Positions 38,908 through 49,319 of a DNA stretch of 64,000 bases are shown in pieces. A program made the translations under genes and the position numbers. The stretch covers positions 191,700-255,699 of the forward strand of contig ARRA01000002.1 in assembly GCA_000384935.1 (NCBI GenBank), written 5' to 3'. Numbering within the stretch: position 1 is the first letter of the stretch; each line of letters opens with the position of its first letter. The notes beneath the pieces are model-generated. The model saw only the letters and a list, made by a program, of their open reading frames with translations, was not told where the DNA came from and searched no databases. This DNA is from a gamma proteobacterium SCGC AAA076-P13 (GTDB lineage: Bacteria; Pseudomonadota; Gammaproteobacteria; Magnimaribacterales; D2472).

Positions 38908-39942
38908 TTAAAGATATTTAACAGGATAATCAGTATTTTTTTCAACGACCTCACCAATTAAAAAATTTTTATACCCATAATCACTAATACCTTTTTGAAT
39001 AGAATCAACATCATCTCTATTTACAATCAAAACCATACCGATGCCACAATTGAAAACTCTATACATGTCTTCCTCTTTAAGATTTCCCTTTTCTTGCAGC
39101 CATGAAAATATCTCAGGCATTTCCCATGCATTTTTATTTATTGTTACAGAAAAATCTTCTGGTATGGATCTAGGAATATTTTCTGTTAAACCGCCACCAG
39201 TTATATGAGCCATCCCATTAATATTATGATCTGCTAGTATCTTCATTATTAAAGAAGGGTATAGATGTGTTGGCTTAAGAGCCATTTGTGTAATTTTATT
39301 AAATTCTTCGTTATTTAAATTAGATTCTCTTATTATTTTTCTTATTAATGAAAATCCATTAGAGTGTGGGCCGCTAGATTCAATCCCTATAAGGATATTC
39401 CCAGAATCTATCAATTTATTTGTTAAGATATTTTTCTCATCAACACACCCAACAGAAAAACCGGCCAAATCAAAGTTATTACCAACGTAATGACCAGGCA
39501 TTTCAGCAGTTTCTCCACCTAAAAGTGCGCACCCAGAATCACGACAGGCTTTTGCAATACTTTTAATAATTACAGCAGCTTCTTCAACGTCAAGCTTTGA
39601 TGATGCAAAATAGTCTAAAAAAAATAGAGGCTTTGCACCACATACAATGAGATCATTTACACACATCGCAACTAGGTCTTGGCCAATATAGCCTAGATTC
39701 TTTGTTTCTTGAGCGAGAGCTACCTTGGTCCCAACACCATCTGTGCATGCTACCAAAACCGGATTTTCATAATCTTTATCAAGCTTAAACATACCAGCAA
39801 AGCCACCAATGTTACCTAAGACATTTGGACCATGAGAAGATGTGACTTCATCCTTGATTTTGTCAACTAAATTATTGCCAGCCTCAATATCAACACCTGC
39901 AGATTTATAAGGATCATTATTATCTATAATTTCTTTTGTCAT
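38908..39942 (-). CDS. purM: Phosphoribosylformylglycinamidine cyclo-ligase
   Basis: YKSAGVDI, TDGVGTK, GGETAEMP, HSNGFSL, FNCGIG. Confidence 0.97.
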   Translation of the reverse strand: MTKEIIDNNDPYKSAGVDIEAGNNLVDKIKDEVTSSHGPNVLGNIGGFAGMFKLDKDYENPVLVACTDGVGTKVALAQETKNLGYIGQDLVAMCVNDLIVCGAKPLFFLDYFASSKLDVEEAAVIIKSIAKACRDSGCALLGGETAEMPGHYVGNNFDLAGFSVGCVDEKNILTNKLIDSGNILIGIESSGPHSNGFSLIRKIIRESNLNNEEFNKITQMALKPTHLYPSLIMKILADHNINGMAHITGGGLTENIPRSIPEDFSVTINKNAWEMPEIFSWLQEKGNLKEEDMYRVFNCGIGMVLIVNRDDVDSIQKGISDYGYKNFLIGEVVEKNTDYPVKYL

Positions 39943-39956
39943 TTAGAATACCTAAT

Positions 39957-40991
39957 GTGAATCAATCGAATAGCAAATTGCCTAAACATTTATTAGTAAT
40001 CTTTATTATCTTTTCTAATTTCTCCTTTGGGAAGGAGTTTAATGAACTTTTTACTATTTATGAGCCTATTAAGGAATCTTCACAAATTGAAAAATCAATT
40101 AATTCCTCATTTAATAATATGGTTTATAGATTAAGTGGATCGTCATCCCCATCAAATGTATGGAAAATTATAAATTCAGGCGTAAAAAGAAAAGACTTTA
40201 TTCTTAGCTACTCTATCAAAAAGATCGATAATCAATCTTATTTACAAGTCGTATTTGATCAAAAAAAGTTTATAAATCAAATGGTAGCGTTATCTATACC
40301 AATAGTTAATTACTCAAGACCTGTATTATTTTTTTTGATTGAAATTGATTCCGGTTCAAAACGCCCATATTTTTTAGCTGATAATACTGAGCTTAGTGAG
40401 ATAGACAAAGCAATCATAGAATCACTTAACAAGTTTTCTTCCAATAGAGGCATATTTTTAGAACTACCAGTATTTGATCTGCAAGACACACAAGATCTAT
40501 CTTCATTAACGATCTTATCTAATCCTATTAATAGAATTTCATCTAAATATATTTTTGATCAACTGATAAAAATAAAACTTACAAAAAGTGGAATTAATAA
40601 TTGGTATGCTTCAGGTGATTTAGAATATTCAACATCATCTGAAAATTCTACCGATGAAATCTTAGCAGTTTTTGATAAATATTTGACCGGATTAATAGAC
40701 TCTAATTTGAGTAAATTAAACATTAAGCCTGAAAAAAAATCTTCATTAGATATTTTCATAAATGATGTTTATTCATATGCGGATTACATTAATTCAAGGG
40801 ATAGGCTGAATAAAACTATTGGTATATCATCATTTGATATTATGAGTTTTCAGAATAATACGATCGCATACAAGGCAAACACTATTGGCAATATAGATAA
40901 CCTTATCAATGAGTTCGAGGATAGTAATTATTTTAAAATCCTTAATCTGGATATAAACAAAAAATTAATTCTTTTAAAGCATCAAAGATGA
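39957..40991 (+). CDS. DUF2066-like exported protein
   Basis: Divergent from purM and upstream of the pgsA-like gene and hda; start GTG 39957 or TTG 39978. Confidence 0.65.
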   Translation: MNQSNSKLPKHLLVIFIIFSNFSFGKEFNELFTIYEPIKESSQIEKSINSSFNNMVYRLSGSSSPSNVWKIINSGVKRKDFILSYSIKKIDNQSYLQVVFDQKKFINQMVALSIPIVNYSRPVLFFLIEIDSGSKRPYFLADNTELSEIDKAIIESLNKFSSNRGIFLELPVFDLQDTQDLSSLTILSNPINRISSKYIFDQLIKIKLTKSGINNWYASGDLEYSTSSENSTDEILAVFDKYLTGLIDSNLSKLNIKPEKKSSLDIFINDVYSYADYINSRDRLNKTIGISSFDIMSFQNNTIAYKANTIGNIDNLINEFEDSNYFKILNLDINKKLILLKHQR

Positions 40992-41539
40992 GTAAATACT
41001 TCATATTTATACCCAACCTTTTATCAATACTAAGAATAGTCTTAGTCTACCCAATTTTGAATAATATCTTTCTAGGTGAGTTTGCTATTAGTTTTATCTA
41101 TTTCCTGGTTGCAGCTTTTACAGATGCTTTAGATGGGTTCCTTGCTAGAAAAATGCATTGGCAAACTTATCTTGGAACTATTCTCGACCCAGTAGCTGAC
41201 AAGTTACTTCTTTCAGGTACTATTTTTATATTGTGGCTCAATGACTACATTCCGCTTTATATTTTTATTATTTTTTTTGGAAGAGATATTGTTATTCTTC
41301 TTGGCGCAGCAGTTCATATGACATTAATTGAAACCGAAGCGCCTTCACCAAATATTTTAGGAAAAATTACAACCACTCTTCAGGTCATCTATATTCTTTT
41401 AGTCATGCTCTTACAGATACTTCAATATAATATTTCTTTGATTGGATTAGATATTTTTATTATTTTAATAACTATTTTAAGCCTTATTGTTTACTCTAAA
41501 GACTGGTTCATCAGCCTTAATAAATATCATAATGAGTAA
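40988..41539 (+). CDS. CDP-alcohol phosphatidyltransferase
   Basis: IPNLLSILR and TDALDGFLAR...GTILDPVADK motif. Confidence 0.92.
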   Translation: MSKYFIFIPNLLSILRIVLVYPILNNIFLGEFAISFIYFLVAAFTDALDGFLARKMHWQTYLGTILDPVADKLLLSGTIFILWLNDYIPLYIFIIFFGRDIVILLGAAVHMTLIETEAPSPNILGKITTTLQVIYILLVMLLQILQYNISLIGLDIFIILITILSLIVYSKDWFISLNKYHNE

Positions 41540-42218
41540 TCCCAAACAATTAACATTTCCATGGAATAAATCCTTTCATTCTTCTTTTGAAAGCTTCTAT
41601 GTTGATCCTCAAAACGAGCAACTAATATCAAGTCTTAAAAATATTTCGATAAATGAGAATATTTATATTTATGGTTTAAAAAATTCCGGGAAGACTTACT
41701 TACTCCAATCACTGTGTAATGAATTCAGTAAGAGTAATAAATCTTCATTATTTTTACCTTTAATAGATGTTATTAAGTATGGGGTTGAAATTATTGATTC
41801 TATTGAAAACATGGATTTAGTTTGCATTGATGGATTAGAAATTATTTCTCACAACAAAGAGTGGGAGATTGGATTGTTTAATTTAATTAACAATGCTCTT
41901 CAGACAGGCTGCAGGCTTGTCTTTACTTCATCAAGTGAAGAGGGCAGAATTAATTTTTCTTTGGCTGATCTTGATTCAAGAATTAGAAAATTTCAAAGCT
42001 ATGAAATTTTTCCTATAAGTGACGAGCATCTTTTCAAAGCATTAAAAAAAATATCGAATCTTAGGTCTATAACTCTTGGTGAGAAGGAAGCTCAGTATTT
42101 AATTACATATACCAAAAGAAATATAGCCGATCTTGTTAACATCCTTGAGAGCCTCGATCAGCTATCAATGGAAAATAAAAGGAGGATCACGATCCCCCTT
42201 ATAAAAGAATTACTCTAG
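41532..42218 (+). CDS. hda: DnaA regulatory inactivator Hda
   Basis: N-terminal clamp-binding QLTF, SGKTYLL, LFNLIN, DLDSR, RRITIP; start ATG 41532. Confidence 0.88.
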   Translation: MSNPKQLTFPWNKSFHSSFESFYVDPQNEQLISSLKNISINENIYIYGLKNSGKTYLLQSLCNEFSKSNKSSLFLPLIDVIKYGVEIIDSIENMDLVCIDGLEIISHNKEWEIGLFNLINNALQTGCRLVFTSSSEEGRINFSLADLDSRIRKFQSYEIFPISDEHLFKALKKISNLRSITLGEKEAQYLITYTKRNIADLVNILESLDQLSMENKRRITIPLIKELL

Positions 42219-44039
42219 ATCACACTCAAAGCAATAAGCTAGTACACTTTTTTCTTTAGGATTGATCAGTTTGAAGTGTTTCGGTAGGACTGAGTTAAGA
42301 AAATCAATTCTTGGGTCAGAGCTAATTTTAAAATCCACGTTTTCCAGAAGCACATTAACAAATAATTTAAATGGATCCATTTGTTTTTCATACGTCTTCA
42401 GATTATAGTCAGTAATCTCTGCCATATCCGCAGCAGATGATATAGCCTCCTCTAAACCACCAATGGCATCTACAAGCCCTAGTTCGAATGCTTTATTTCC
42501 AGCCCAAATTCTTCCACCAGCTATAGGAAGAACATCTTCATATGCCATGTCTCTATTATTAGCTACTTTAGTAACAAATTTGAAATAAGTGTTATCAATA
42601 CTGGCTTGAATCATAGTTTTAACATTATCTGGCATTGCTAATCTTTCATCCCATTCTCCAGCTTTTGTTGAACTAACCCCGTCCACTCGAATTTCAGCCC
42701 AATCATATAAGCCATCTAAAGTAGGAACAATTCCATAAACTCCAATTGACCCAGTAAGGGTATCGTTTTCTGCCCATATCTCATCTGAGTTTGTTGTAAC
42801 CCAAACCCCACCAGATGCAGCAATATCTCCCATTGAAGAAATAATTGGTCTTCCTGTGTTTTTAAATTCATCCAACGCATTAGTAATTAATTCACTTGCC
42901 CAGACATCGCCACCAGGACTATTGACTCTTAACACCATTGCCTTAACTGAATCATCGTCTGTAGCATCTTGTATATTTTTTACAATAGTATCTGAGCCAG
43001 CAACACCATAAGCTACTTCACCTGTCATAATCGCACCTTCAACATTTATAACAGCAATATTATTAGAGGATTTGTTTTCTTTTTTATCCAATGTAGAAAG
43101 GTAGTCATATATTGAAATGCTATCTGGAAAAGAGAACCTATCATTTTCATCATTCGGATATTCGCTGAACATCCAAGCTTTCAGCTCTTCTCTTGTCACA
43201 ACATGATCAACAAGGCCTAAGTTTTTTGCAACTTCAGCTGTTTCAGGGTTAGTAGTCATCATTTCCATGGCATTGTCGCCATAATTTTGGATAGACCCTT
43301 TAGGTAAATCTCTACCTGTTTCCATAATAGAAGTCATTTTTTCCCACATAGGGTTTGCAAATTCATTCCAAGCTAATTTATCAGCATCTGACATTGAATC
43401 TCTTGTATATGGCTCTGGACCAGATTTAAAATCTCCTGCAGTAAAAATATTAAAATTTAGTTTTATATTCTCATAAAAATCTACGTAATATTCTCTTTTT
43501 CTAGAAAAACCAAAAGCTTGAACACCGCCATAGTTGTTAACGAAAACTTCATTAGCTTGTGAGCTAATAAGATATGCATTATTTCCATAACCTTCAGCGT
43601 AAGCGATTACTCTTTTCCCACTATCTTTAACATGCTTAACAGCATCTGCAAGCTTAAATGCTGAAGACCAGTACATTCCCAGTTCAGAAACGTTTAAATA
43701 TACCGCGCTTAAGTCGTCATCATTTGCTGCATTATTTAACACATCTAGTAAATCCTGAAGCTCATGTTGCTCAACTTGCCCACCTCCAGAAATAATTTGA
43801 TCTAATGAAATATCACTACTGTTCACTCCTGAGTCAACAACAACGCCAATAGGCTTAAACCAAAGAATCTTATCTTTTGTATCTACTTTTTCTTTCCCAC
43901 CAAATGAAGATGCTAGTCCACCCAAGATTGAAAAGGTCAAAACAACAAGAACTATTGCGGTGACACTGTTTAGTAATATTTTTCTTGTTAACGCTAAGAA
44001 ATCACTAGCCTTATTCCATATTGATTTATTGTTACTCAT
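42210..44039 (-). CDS. sppA: Signal peptide peptidase SppA (67K type)
   Basis: LRVNSPGG, SMGDIAASGG, TGSIGV. Confidence 0.94.
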   Translation of the reverse strand: MSNNKSIWNKASDFLALTRKILLNSVTAIVLVVLTFSILGGLASSFGGKEKVDTKDKILWFKPIGVVVDSGVNSSDISLDQIISGGGQVEQHELQDLLDVLNNAANDDDLSAVYLNVSELGMYWSSAFKLADAVKHVKDSGKRVIAYAEGYGNNAYLISSQANEVFVNNYGGVQAFGFSRKREYYVDFYENIKLNFNIFTAGDFKSGPEPYTRDSMSDADKLAWNEFANPMWEKMTSIMETGRDLPKGSIQNYGDNAMEMMTTNPETAEVAKNLGLVDHVVTREELKAWMFSEYPNDENDRFSFPDSISIYDYLSTLDKKENKSSNNIAVINVEGAIMTGEVAYGVAGSDTIVKNIQDATDDDSVKAMVLRVNSPGGDVWASELITNALDEFKNTGRPIISSMGDIAASGGVWVTTNSDEIWAENDTLTGSIGVYGIVPTLDGLYDWAEIRVDGVSSTKAGEWDERLAMPDNVKTMIQASIDNTYFKFVTKVANNRDMAYEDVLPIAGGRIWAGNKAFELGLVDAIGGLEEAISSAADMAEITDYNLKTYEKQMDPFKLFVNVLLENVDFKISSDPRIDFLNSVLPKHFKLINPKEKSVLAYCFECDLE

Positions 44040-44102
44040 ATTTTTTTCTCCAAAAAATTGTTAATCATGTTAGTAGATGTATTTAGTATTGTAAAGTTAA
44101 CT

Positions 44103-44432
44103 TTACATATTTCTTAAAGTTCTAGGACCGTAAAGACAATGAATAAAGAACAAAATTATTAAAATTATCTCACTAAGATCAAGAATTTGAGGAACTATTC
44201 CAAATACTCGCAACGATGCTGATAGAAAATAAATTAATAGAATAAAACAAAAGCTTTGATATGACTTTACAGAATTGATCTTTGCAAAGAAATAAAAAAC
44301 TATAAAAGGGAAAACCCAGATAATAAAAAAAATAAAATTAATCTTGTAGCTTACTAATGCAAGCAACTTTATAGAAATTAAAAGCAATATAAAAGTATTA
44401 GTAACTTTTTTGTATTTGGAAACACTAAGCAT
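44103..44432 (-). CDS. Membrane protein, DUF2069-like
   Basis: Hydrophobic ORF overlapping the end of wrbA; FCFILLIYF segment. Confidence 0.65.
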   Translation of the reverse strand: MLSVSKYKKVTNTFILLLISIKLLALVSYKINFIFFIIWVFPFIVFYFFAKINSVKSYQSFCFILLIYFLSASLRVFGIVPQILDLSEIILIILFFIHCLYGPRTLRNM

Positions 44433-45021
44433 CAAAAATTTTTATAAGGTTCGATATTCTTTTTCCTGTCTCTTTGGCAATCAAATACTCCTCAGGCGTT
44501 AATGAGTTGGAATTATTTACACTTTCAACATGAGAGGGTCCATAAGGCGTTCCTCCAGATTGTGTTTCTCCAAGTTCTTTTATTGAATAGGGTGTTCCAT
44601 GAATAATCATTCCATGATGCAGCATGTATGTAATTAAATTATATAGAGTTGATTCTTGACCTCCATGCATAGAGCTTGTTGATGTAAATGCAAATCCAGG
44701 TATTCCCTCAAGTGCATTAACTGACCAAAGGTCACCAGTTGTATCAAGAAAATATTTCAAGGGCGCAGCCATGGAACCAAACCTAGTTGGAGACCCAAGT
44801 GCTAGACCACTGCAGTTAATTAGATCTTCCTTTGTGCAGTAGACTTCATCTTGATCTGGTATTTTTGATTCTGTAGCTTCACTTACGGCAGACACTTTTG
44901 GAACAGTTCTAATCTTAACTTCTACTCCAGCTGATTCAGCGCCATCTGCTATTGCATGAGCTAGGTTTCTAACAGAACCACCAGCTGAATAAAAAAGAAT
45001 TAGTAAATATTTATTTTCCAT
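44425..45021 (-). CDS. wrbA: NAD(P)H:quinone oxidoreductase WrbA
   Basis: LGSPTRFG, STSSMHGGQEST, GGTPYG. Confidence 0.93.
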   Translation of the reverse strand: MENKYLLILFYSAGGSVRNLAHAIADGAESAGVEVKIRTVPKVSAVSEATESKIPDQDEVYCTKEDLINCSGLALGSPTRFGSMAAPLKYFLDTTGDLWSVNALEGIPGFAFTSTSSMHGGQESTLYNLITYMLHHGMIIHGTPYSIKELGETQSGGTPYGPSHVESVNNSNSLTPEEYLIAKETGKRISNLIKIFDA

Positions 45022-45048
45022 ACCTGATAATTAGCCTAAAATGTCTTA

Positions 45049-45501
45049 ATGAATAATAAAATTATAACCTTCTTCTGTCTTATCTTTTTAATGGGATGTC
45101 AAAATAATGACATTGAGGTCCTCAATGGGTCTGACACATCTTTTGGTAAACTTCAGGGTAAATGGATTGTTGTTAATTATTGGGCAGACTGGTGCGCACC
45201 ATGTATAAAAGAAATTCCAGAGTTGGTTGAGTTTGCTGAAGAAAATAAAGATATCCTTGTTTATGCCTTTAACTTTGATGAGTTAGATTCTGAAGATCTT
45301 GCTCCAATAGCTAAAAAATTTAAAGTAGATATTCCATCACTGATATCTCATCCAAGAGAGATTTGGGGGATTGAAACTCCGCCAGCAGTTCCAGCTACTT
45401 TTTTTATTAACCCCGAAGGAGTTTTAGTAAAATCTTTTTTTAGACCCCAAACAAAAGATAGTCTCAATGAAATCTTAGATGGACTCCAAAAGAGTGTTTA
45501 A
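45049..45501 (+). CDS. TlpA-family disulfide reductase (lipoprotein)
   Basis: Lipobox LMGC and NYWADWCAPC motif. Confidence 0.9.
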   Translation: MNNKIITFFCLIFLMGCQNNDIEVLNGSDTSFGKLQGKWIVVNYWADWCAPCIKEIPELVEFAEENKDILVYAFNFDELDSEDLAPIAKKFKVDIPSLISHPREIWGIETPPAVPATFFINPEGVLVKSFFRPQTKDSLNEILDGLQKSV

Positions 45502-46272
45502 ATAATTATCCTTTAACAAAGACTCTGGATTAATTCTAATCTCGTTCAAATAAACAGTCCAATGCAAATGTGGTCCTGTAACTCTTCCTGTTGAGCCAAC
45601 TTTACCTATGAGGTCTGATTGATTAAGAATATCTCCTTTCTTGACAAGAATTTCAGATAGATGGCTATAAGATGAAAGCATTCCATAGCCATGATCTAGA
45701 ATTATGTAATTACCTCCATAAAAGAAATTACCTGTAAGAATTACTTTTCCATATGCAGGAGCAATAATTGGCGACCCCTCTGGAGCTGCTATATCTAATG
45801 CTAGGTGGGGAGATCTAGGAGAATTATTGATGAATCTTTTTTTACCATATCGACTAGAAATTATTCCCTCAACAGGCCTTATAAAATTAAGAAGTGGCTT
45901 GAAGTCATTAGAGTATGTTTTTACAGCATCTTTTATAAGTCTAGATTCTTTATAAGCTCTAGCTGCATCCTCATTATTTAGGTCTACTTGAGAAAGGTTA
46001 TCTATTGTTATTCTTGACTCTCCAAAATCTTTTTTTTGAACATTGATCTGAATGTCATACAAGTCCAAAGATAGATTGGTATTGTTATAAGGGATTGGAA
46101 TAATAATAATTTTATTAAGATCATTCTCAACAACAAATTCATTAGAGATTATATTTTCAGTAGATTTTTTTAGCTTAATTGCAATTAATTCACCAGGTAT
46201 TGCAGAATATTCAGCATTAATTAGCAAAGTAAAAGTATATAGAAAACAGAGTAACAGTTTATTTTTTATCAC
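45475..46272 (-). CDS. M23 family metallopeptidase
   Basis: HLALD (HxxxD) and TGPHLHW motifs. Confidence 0.92.
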   Translation of the reverse strand: MIKNKLLLCFLYTFTLLINAEYSAIPGELIAIKLKKSTENIISNEFVVENDLNKIIIIPIPYNNTNLSLDLYDIQINVQKKDFGESRITIDNLSQVDLNNEDAARAYKESRLIKDAVKTYSNDFKPLLNFIRPVEGIISSRYGKKRFINNSPRSPHLALDIAAPEGSPIIAPAYGKVILTGNFFYGGNYIILDHGYGMLSSYSHLSEILVKKGDILNQSDLIGKVGSTGRVTGPHLHWTVYLNEIRINPESLLKDNYLNTLLESI

Positions 46273-47626
46273 TAGTAGTTTTAACCTCTATATCTAGAAA
46301 ACCCTCACTAAGTCTTGCGGTAAGATTTTCGCCTACAAGAACATCTGAATTTGTTTTTATAGCCTGACCATTTTTATTTTGGATAATGGCATAACCTCTA
46401 TCAAGAATTGATAATGGGTTTAAGATAAGCAAGTTTTTATTTGATTCTTTTATTTTTAGCTCTTTAATAGAGAGCTTATTTTTTATATTAATCTCAATTA
46501 GTTTTGATATATTTTTAATTCTAGAATCTAGTTTTTGAAGAAGGTTTTTAGGGTTGCGCTCCATCAATCTAGAATAATAAGTATTTAATTTTTGAAATTC
46601 TGTTTTAGTATTAAATTGTATATTCTGTTTTAACCTAAGTTCAAAGCTATCTAGCCTTTGGTTTTGTTCTCTTAGCTTTATTAGCGGGCTTTTTAAATTA
46701 GACTTTATTGAATTTATTGCATGTCTCTTCAATTTAAATAAGTGATATGCTTTCGATACTAATTTTTCAAAATAATCTTCAAGCCTGTCAAAGGCTTTAA
46801 AATTAAATTCAGTAACTAACTCTGCTGCTGCTGTTGGTGTTGGAGATCTTGTATCTGAAACAAAGTCGCAAATTGTAAAATCTATTTCATGTCCTACGCC
46901 TGATATCGTTGGTATTGGAAAAGCAAATATCTCTCTAGCAAGCTCTTCATTGTTAAAGCACCATAAATCCTCTATAGAGCCACCGCCGCGTGAAAGTATG
47001 ACCACATCAATTGGGTTGTCTTCGTTATTCTCATTGAATAACAATATTCTGTTTAGTGCTTTTATTATTGTTCTAGGAGCAGTATCACCTTGGACAACAG
47101 ATTTACTTAAGGAGACTTGAGCAGAAGGGGCTCGTCTTTGAATAGTGCTTAATATATCTTGAAAAGCTGCTGTTGAAGATGATGTTATTACTCCAATATG
47201 TTTTGGTGATTCTGGGAGATGAAGTTTATTTTCTAAATCAAATAAACCTTCGCTATCAAGTTTCTTTTTTAGATCTTCGAACTGCTGCATTAGGTTACCG
47301 GAACCTGCTTGTTCAATAGATTTAACCATTAACTGATATCTACCTGAGGCCGGGTATATGCTTACCTGCCCTTTAAGTATGCACTTATCTCCATTTTCAG
47401 GATTAAAATTTAGTTTCGATGCTTGAGATCTCCACATTGCACATCCAATGGCACCATCTTCATCTTTTAATGTGAAATAAATGTGACCTGAACTAGGTCG
47501 AGACATGTTGGATATTTCACCAACAACCGATATATTGTTAAACGCATTTTCTAATAAATATTTCGCAGATCTATTTAACTCTCCTACAGAGATAATTTCT
47601 ATTTTCTGATCTACAATGTTATTCAT
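46259..47626 (-). CDS. xseA: Exodeoxyribonuclease VII large subunit
   Basis: GEISN...SGHIYFTLKD, RGGGSIEDLW, GHEIDFT, PTPTAAAE; start ATG 47626 or TTG 47632. Confidence 0.96.
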   Translation of the reverse strand: MNNIVDQKIEIISVGELNRSAKYLLENAFNNISVVGEISNMSRPSSGHIYFTLKDEDGAIGCAMWRSQASKLNFNPENGDKCILKGQVSIYPASGRYQLMVKSIEQAGSGNLMQQFEDLKKKLDSEGLFDLENKLHLPESPKHIGVITSSSTAAFQDILSTIQRRAPSAQVSLSKSVVQGDTAPRTIIKALNRILLFNENNEDNPIDVVILSRGGGSIEDLWCFNNEELAREIFAFPIPTISGVGHEIDFTICDFVSDTRSPTPTAAAELVTEFNFKAFDRLEDYFEKLVSKAYHLFKLKRHAINSIKSNLKSPLIKLREQNQRLDSFELRLKQNIQFNTKTEFQKLNTYYSRLMERNPKNLLQKLDSRIKNISKLIEINIKNKLSIKELKIKESNKNLLILNPLSILDRGYAIIQNKNGQAIKTNSDVLVGENLTARLSEGFLDIEVKTTSDKK

Positions 47627-47643
47627 TTTCAAATTATAACTTC

Positions 47644-48525
47644 ATGATTAATAATTTTCAGCGTTCAAATTATTTTCTTATGCTAGCAACAGGGGCAATG
47701 CTAATTGGTTTTGCTCCAATATTTGTTAAATGGAGTGAATTGTCCCCATCTTCTATAATGTTTTACAGAATGGTGTTTACATTACCATTCTTGTTTATCT
47801 TAAATTTTTACCTCAATAAAAAAATCTCTTTTAGCTTAAAAAATAAAAAGACTATATTTTATTCTGCGATAGCATCCATGGCTTTTACCTTTGATTTAGT
47901 TCTGTGGCACTATGCAATGGATATAACCTCAGTTTCAAATGCAACAATTATTGTAAATTCTGCACCCATACTAATAGCTATCTTGAGCTATATCTTTTTT
48001 AAAGAGAAGCCCTCTAAAGGTTTTGCATCATCATTTTTCATAACCTATATTGGCATTATTGGGCTAATAATTTTTTCAAATAATTATCTTAATGGAAAAA
48101 TACTAGGAGATATTTTATGTTTATTTGCTGCACTTGGTTATGCGGTATATTTGTTAATAATATCTAAGCTTGGAAAAGAAACTGCATTAAACATAATATT
48201 TTATACAACTTTATTTTGTAGTATTTTTGCTCTTATACCAATGCTTCTTGAATCTGGTAACAAATTTCCAACAACAAGTTTTGAATGGAAGAATTTATTC
48301 TTGCTAGCTTTTTTATGTCAGTTTGGGGGGCAATTTTTAATTACATATGGCATTGCAAATATATCAGCATCCAGTGGTTCCATAGGATTATTAATGCAGC
48401 CATTAACAGCAACAATTTTAGCATCATTTATATTTTCAGAAATATTAAATACCAATCAAATGCTATTTGTATTCATTACTCTTTTTGGTATTTACAGGGC
48501 GAGAATAAGCCTTTCAAAAAATTAA
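47644..48525 (+). CDS. DMT/EamA family transporter
   Basis: About 10 TM segments in two EamA repeats. Confidence 0.88.
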   Translation: MINNFQRSNYFLMLATGAMLIGFAPIFVKWSELSPSSIMFYRMVFTLPFLFILNFYLNKKISFSLKNKKTIFYSAIASMAFTFDLVLWHYAMDITSVSNATIIVNSAPILIAILSYIFFKEKPSKGFASSFFITYIGIIGLIIFSNNYLNGKILGDILCLFAALGYAVYLLIISKLGKETALNIIFYTTLFCSIFALIPMLLESGNKFPTTSFEWKNLFLLAFLCQFGGQFLITYGIANISASSGSIGLLMQPLTATILASFIFSEILNTNQMLFVFITLFGIYRARISLSKN

Positions 48526-48634
48526 ATTGTCATCAATTAAGCATATTATTTTTATAAATATAATAGTATTATTAGCAGCCTAATTTAATGGTTAAAAATT
48601 GATACAAAGTTTTGAACTTTAATTAGACAAAAAA

Positions 48635-48711
48635 GGGTGATTAGCTCAGTTTGGTAGAGCATCTCGTTTACACCGAGAGGGTCGGCAGTTCGAACCTGTC
48701 ATCACCCACCA
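48635..48711 (+). tRNA. tRNA-Val(TAC)
   Basis: GGGTGAT/ATCACCC acceptor stem, anticodon loop TTTACAC, CCA. Confidence 0.97.
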
Positions 48712-48765
48712 TTTTTGGGTTGCACTTTTATCTAAAATAGATATTATTCAACTCAACGGTTTAGT

Positions 48766-48840
48766 GGTCTGGTAGTTAAACGGTTATAATTCCGCCCTGT
48801 CACGGCGGTGTTCGGGGTTCGATTCCCCGTCAGACCGCCA
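48766..48840 (+). tRNA. tRNA-Asp(GTC)
   Basis: GGTCTGG/TCAGACC acceptor stem, anticodon loop CTGTCAC, G73, CCA. Confidence 0.93.
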
Positions 48841-48847
48841 CTTTATT

Positions 48848-49255
48848 ATGAATATTATTACTTTAAGCCTTTTAATACTTATCTACTCTTTGGTTTTAGG
48901 TATTATATTTGCCCAAGTAATACTTACAGCACCTGTAGTATTCAAAGTTCTCGATAATCAAAATGCATCTTTATTTCTTAGAAAAATTTTTCCTAGATAT
49001 TATTTATTGTTAACACTTTTAACTCTTCTAGCGCTATTAATCTCATATCTTTTTTTTGATACTATTGATATTTATTTAGCCTTAACGGCTGTTTCTTTTT
49101 CTTTTCTTGGTTATATTATTATTCCAGTAACAAATGCATCTAGAGACAGGGGCTGGGACAAGTTATTTAAAGGGCTTCATAACTTGAGTGTGCTTAATAC
49201 TTTAATAATCTTACTAATATCTATTACTCAAGTTGTTAGAGTTTCTTTTTTATAA
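48848..49255 (+). CDS. DUF4149-like membrane protein
   Basis: APVVFKVL...FLRKIFPRYY and FKGLHNLSVLN; four TM segments. Confidence 0.75.
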   Translation: MNIITLSLLILIYSLVLGIIFAQVILTAPVVFKVLDNQNASLFLRKIFPRYYLLLTLLTLLALLISYLFFDTIDIYLALTAVSFSFLGYIIIPVTNASRDRGWDKLFKGLHNLSVLNTLIILLISITQVVRVSFL

Positions 49256-49267
49256 TTTTACCCAACA

Positions 49268-49295
49268 CTTGAATTTTATAATTTCAACACCAATT
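49268..49295 (+). promoter_or_regulatory. Sigma32-like promoter of htpG
   Basis: CTTGAA-N14-CACCAATT upstream of htpG. Confidence 0.55.
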
Positions 49296-49319
49296 AATAG
49301 CTAATTAAAGGGGTTAACT

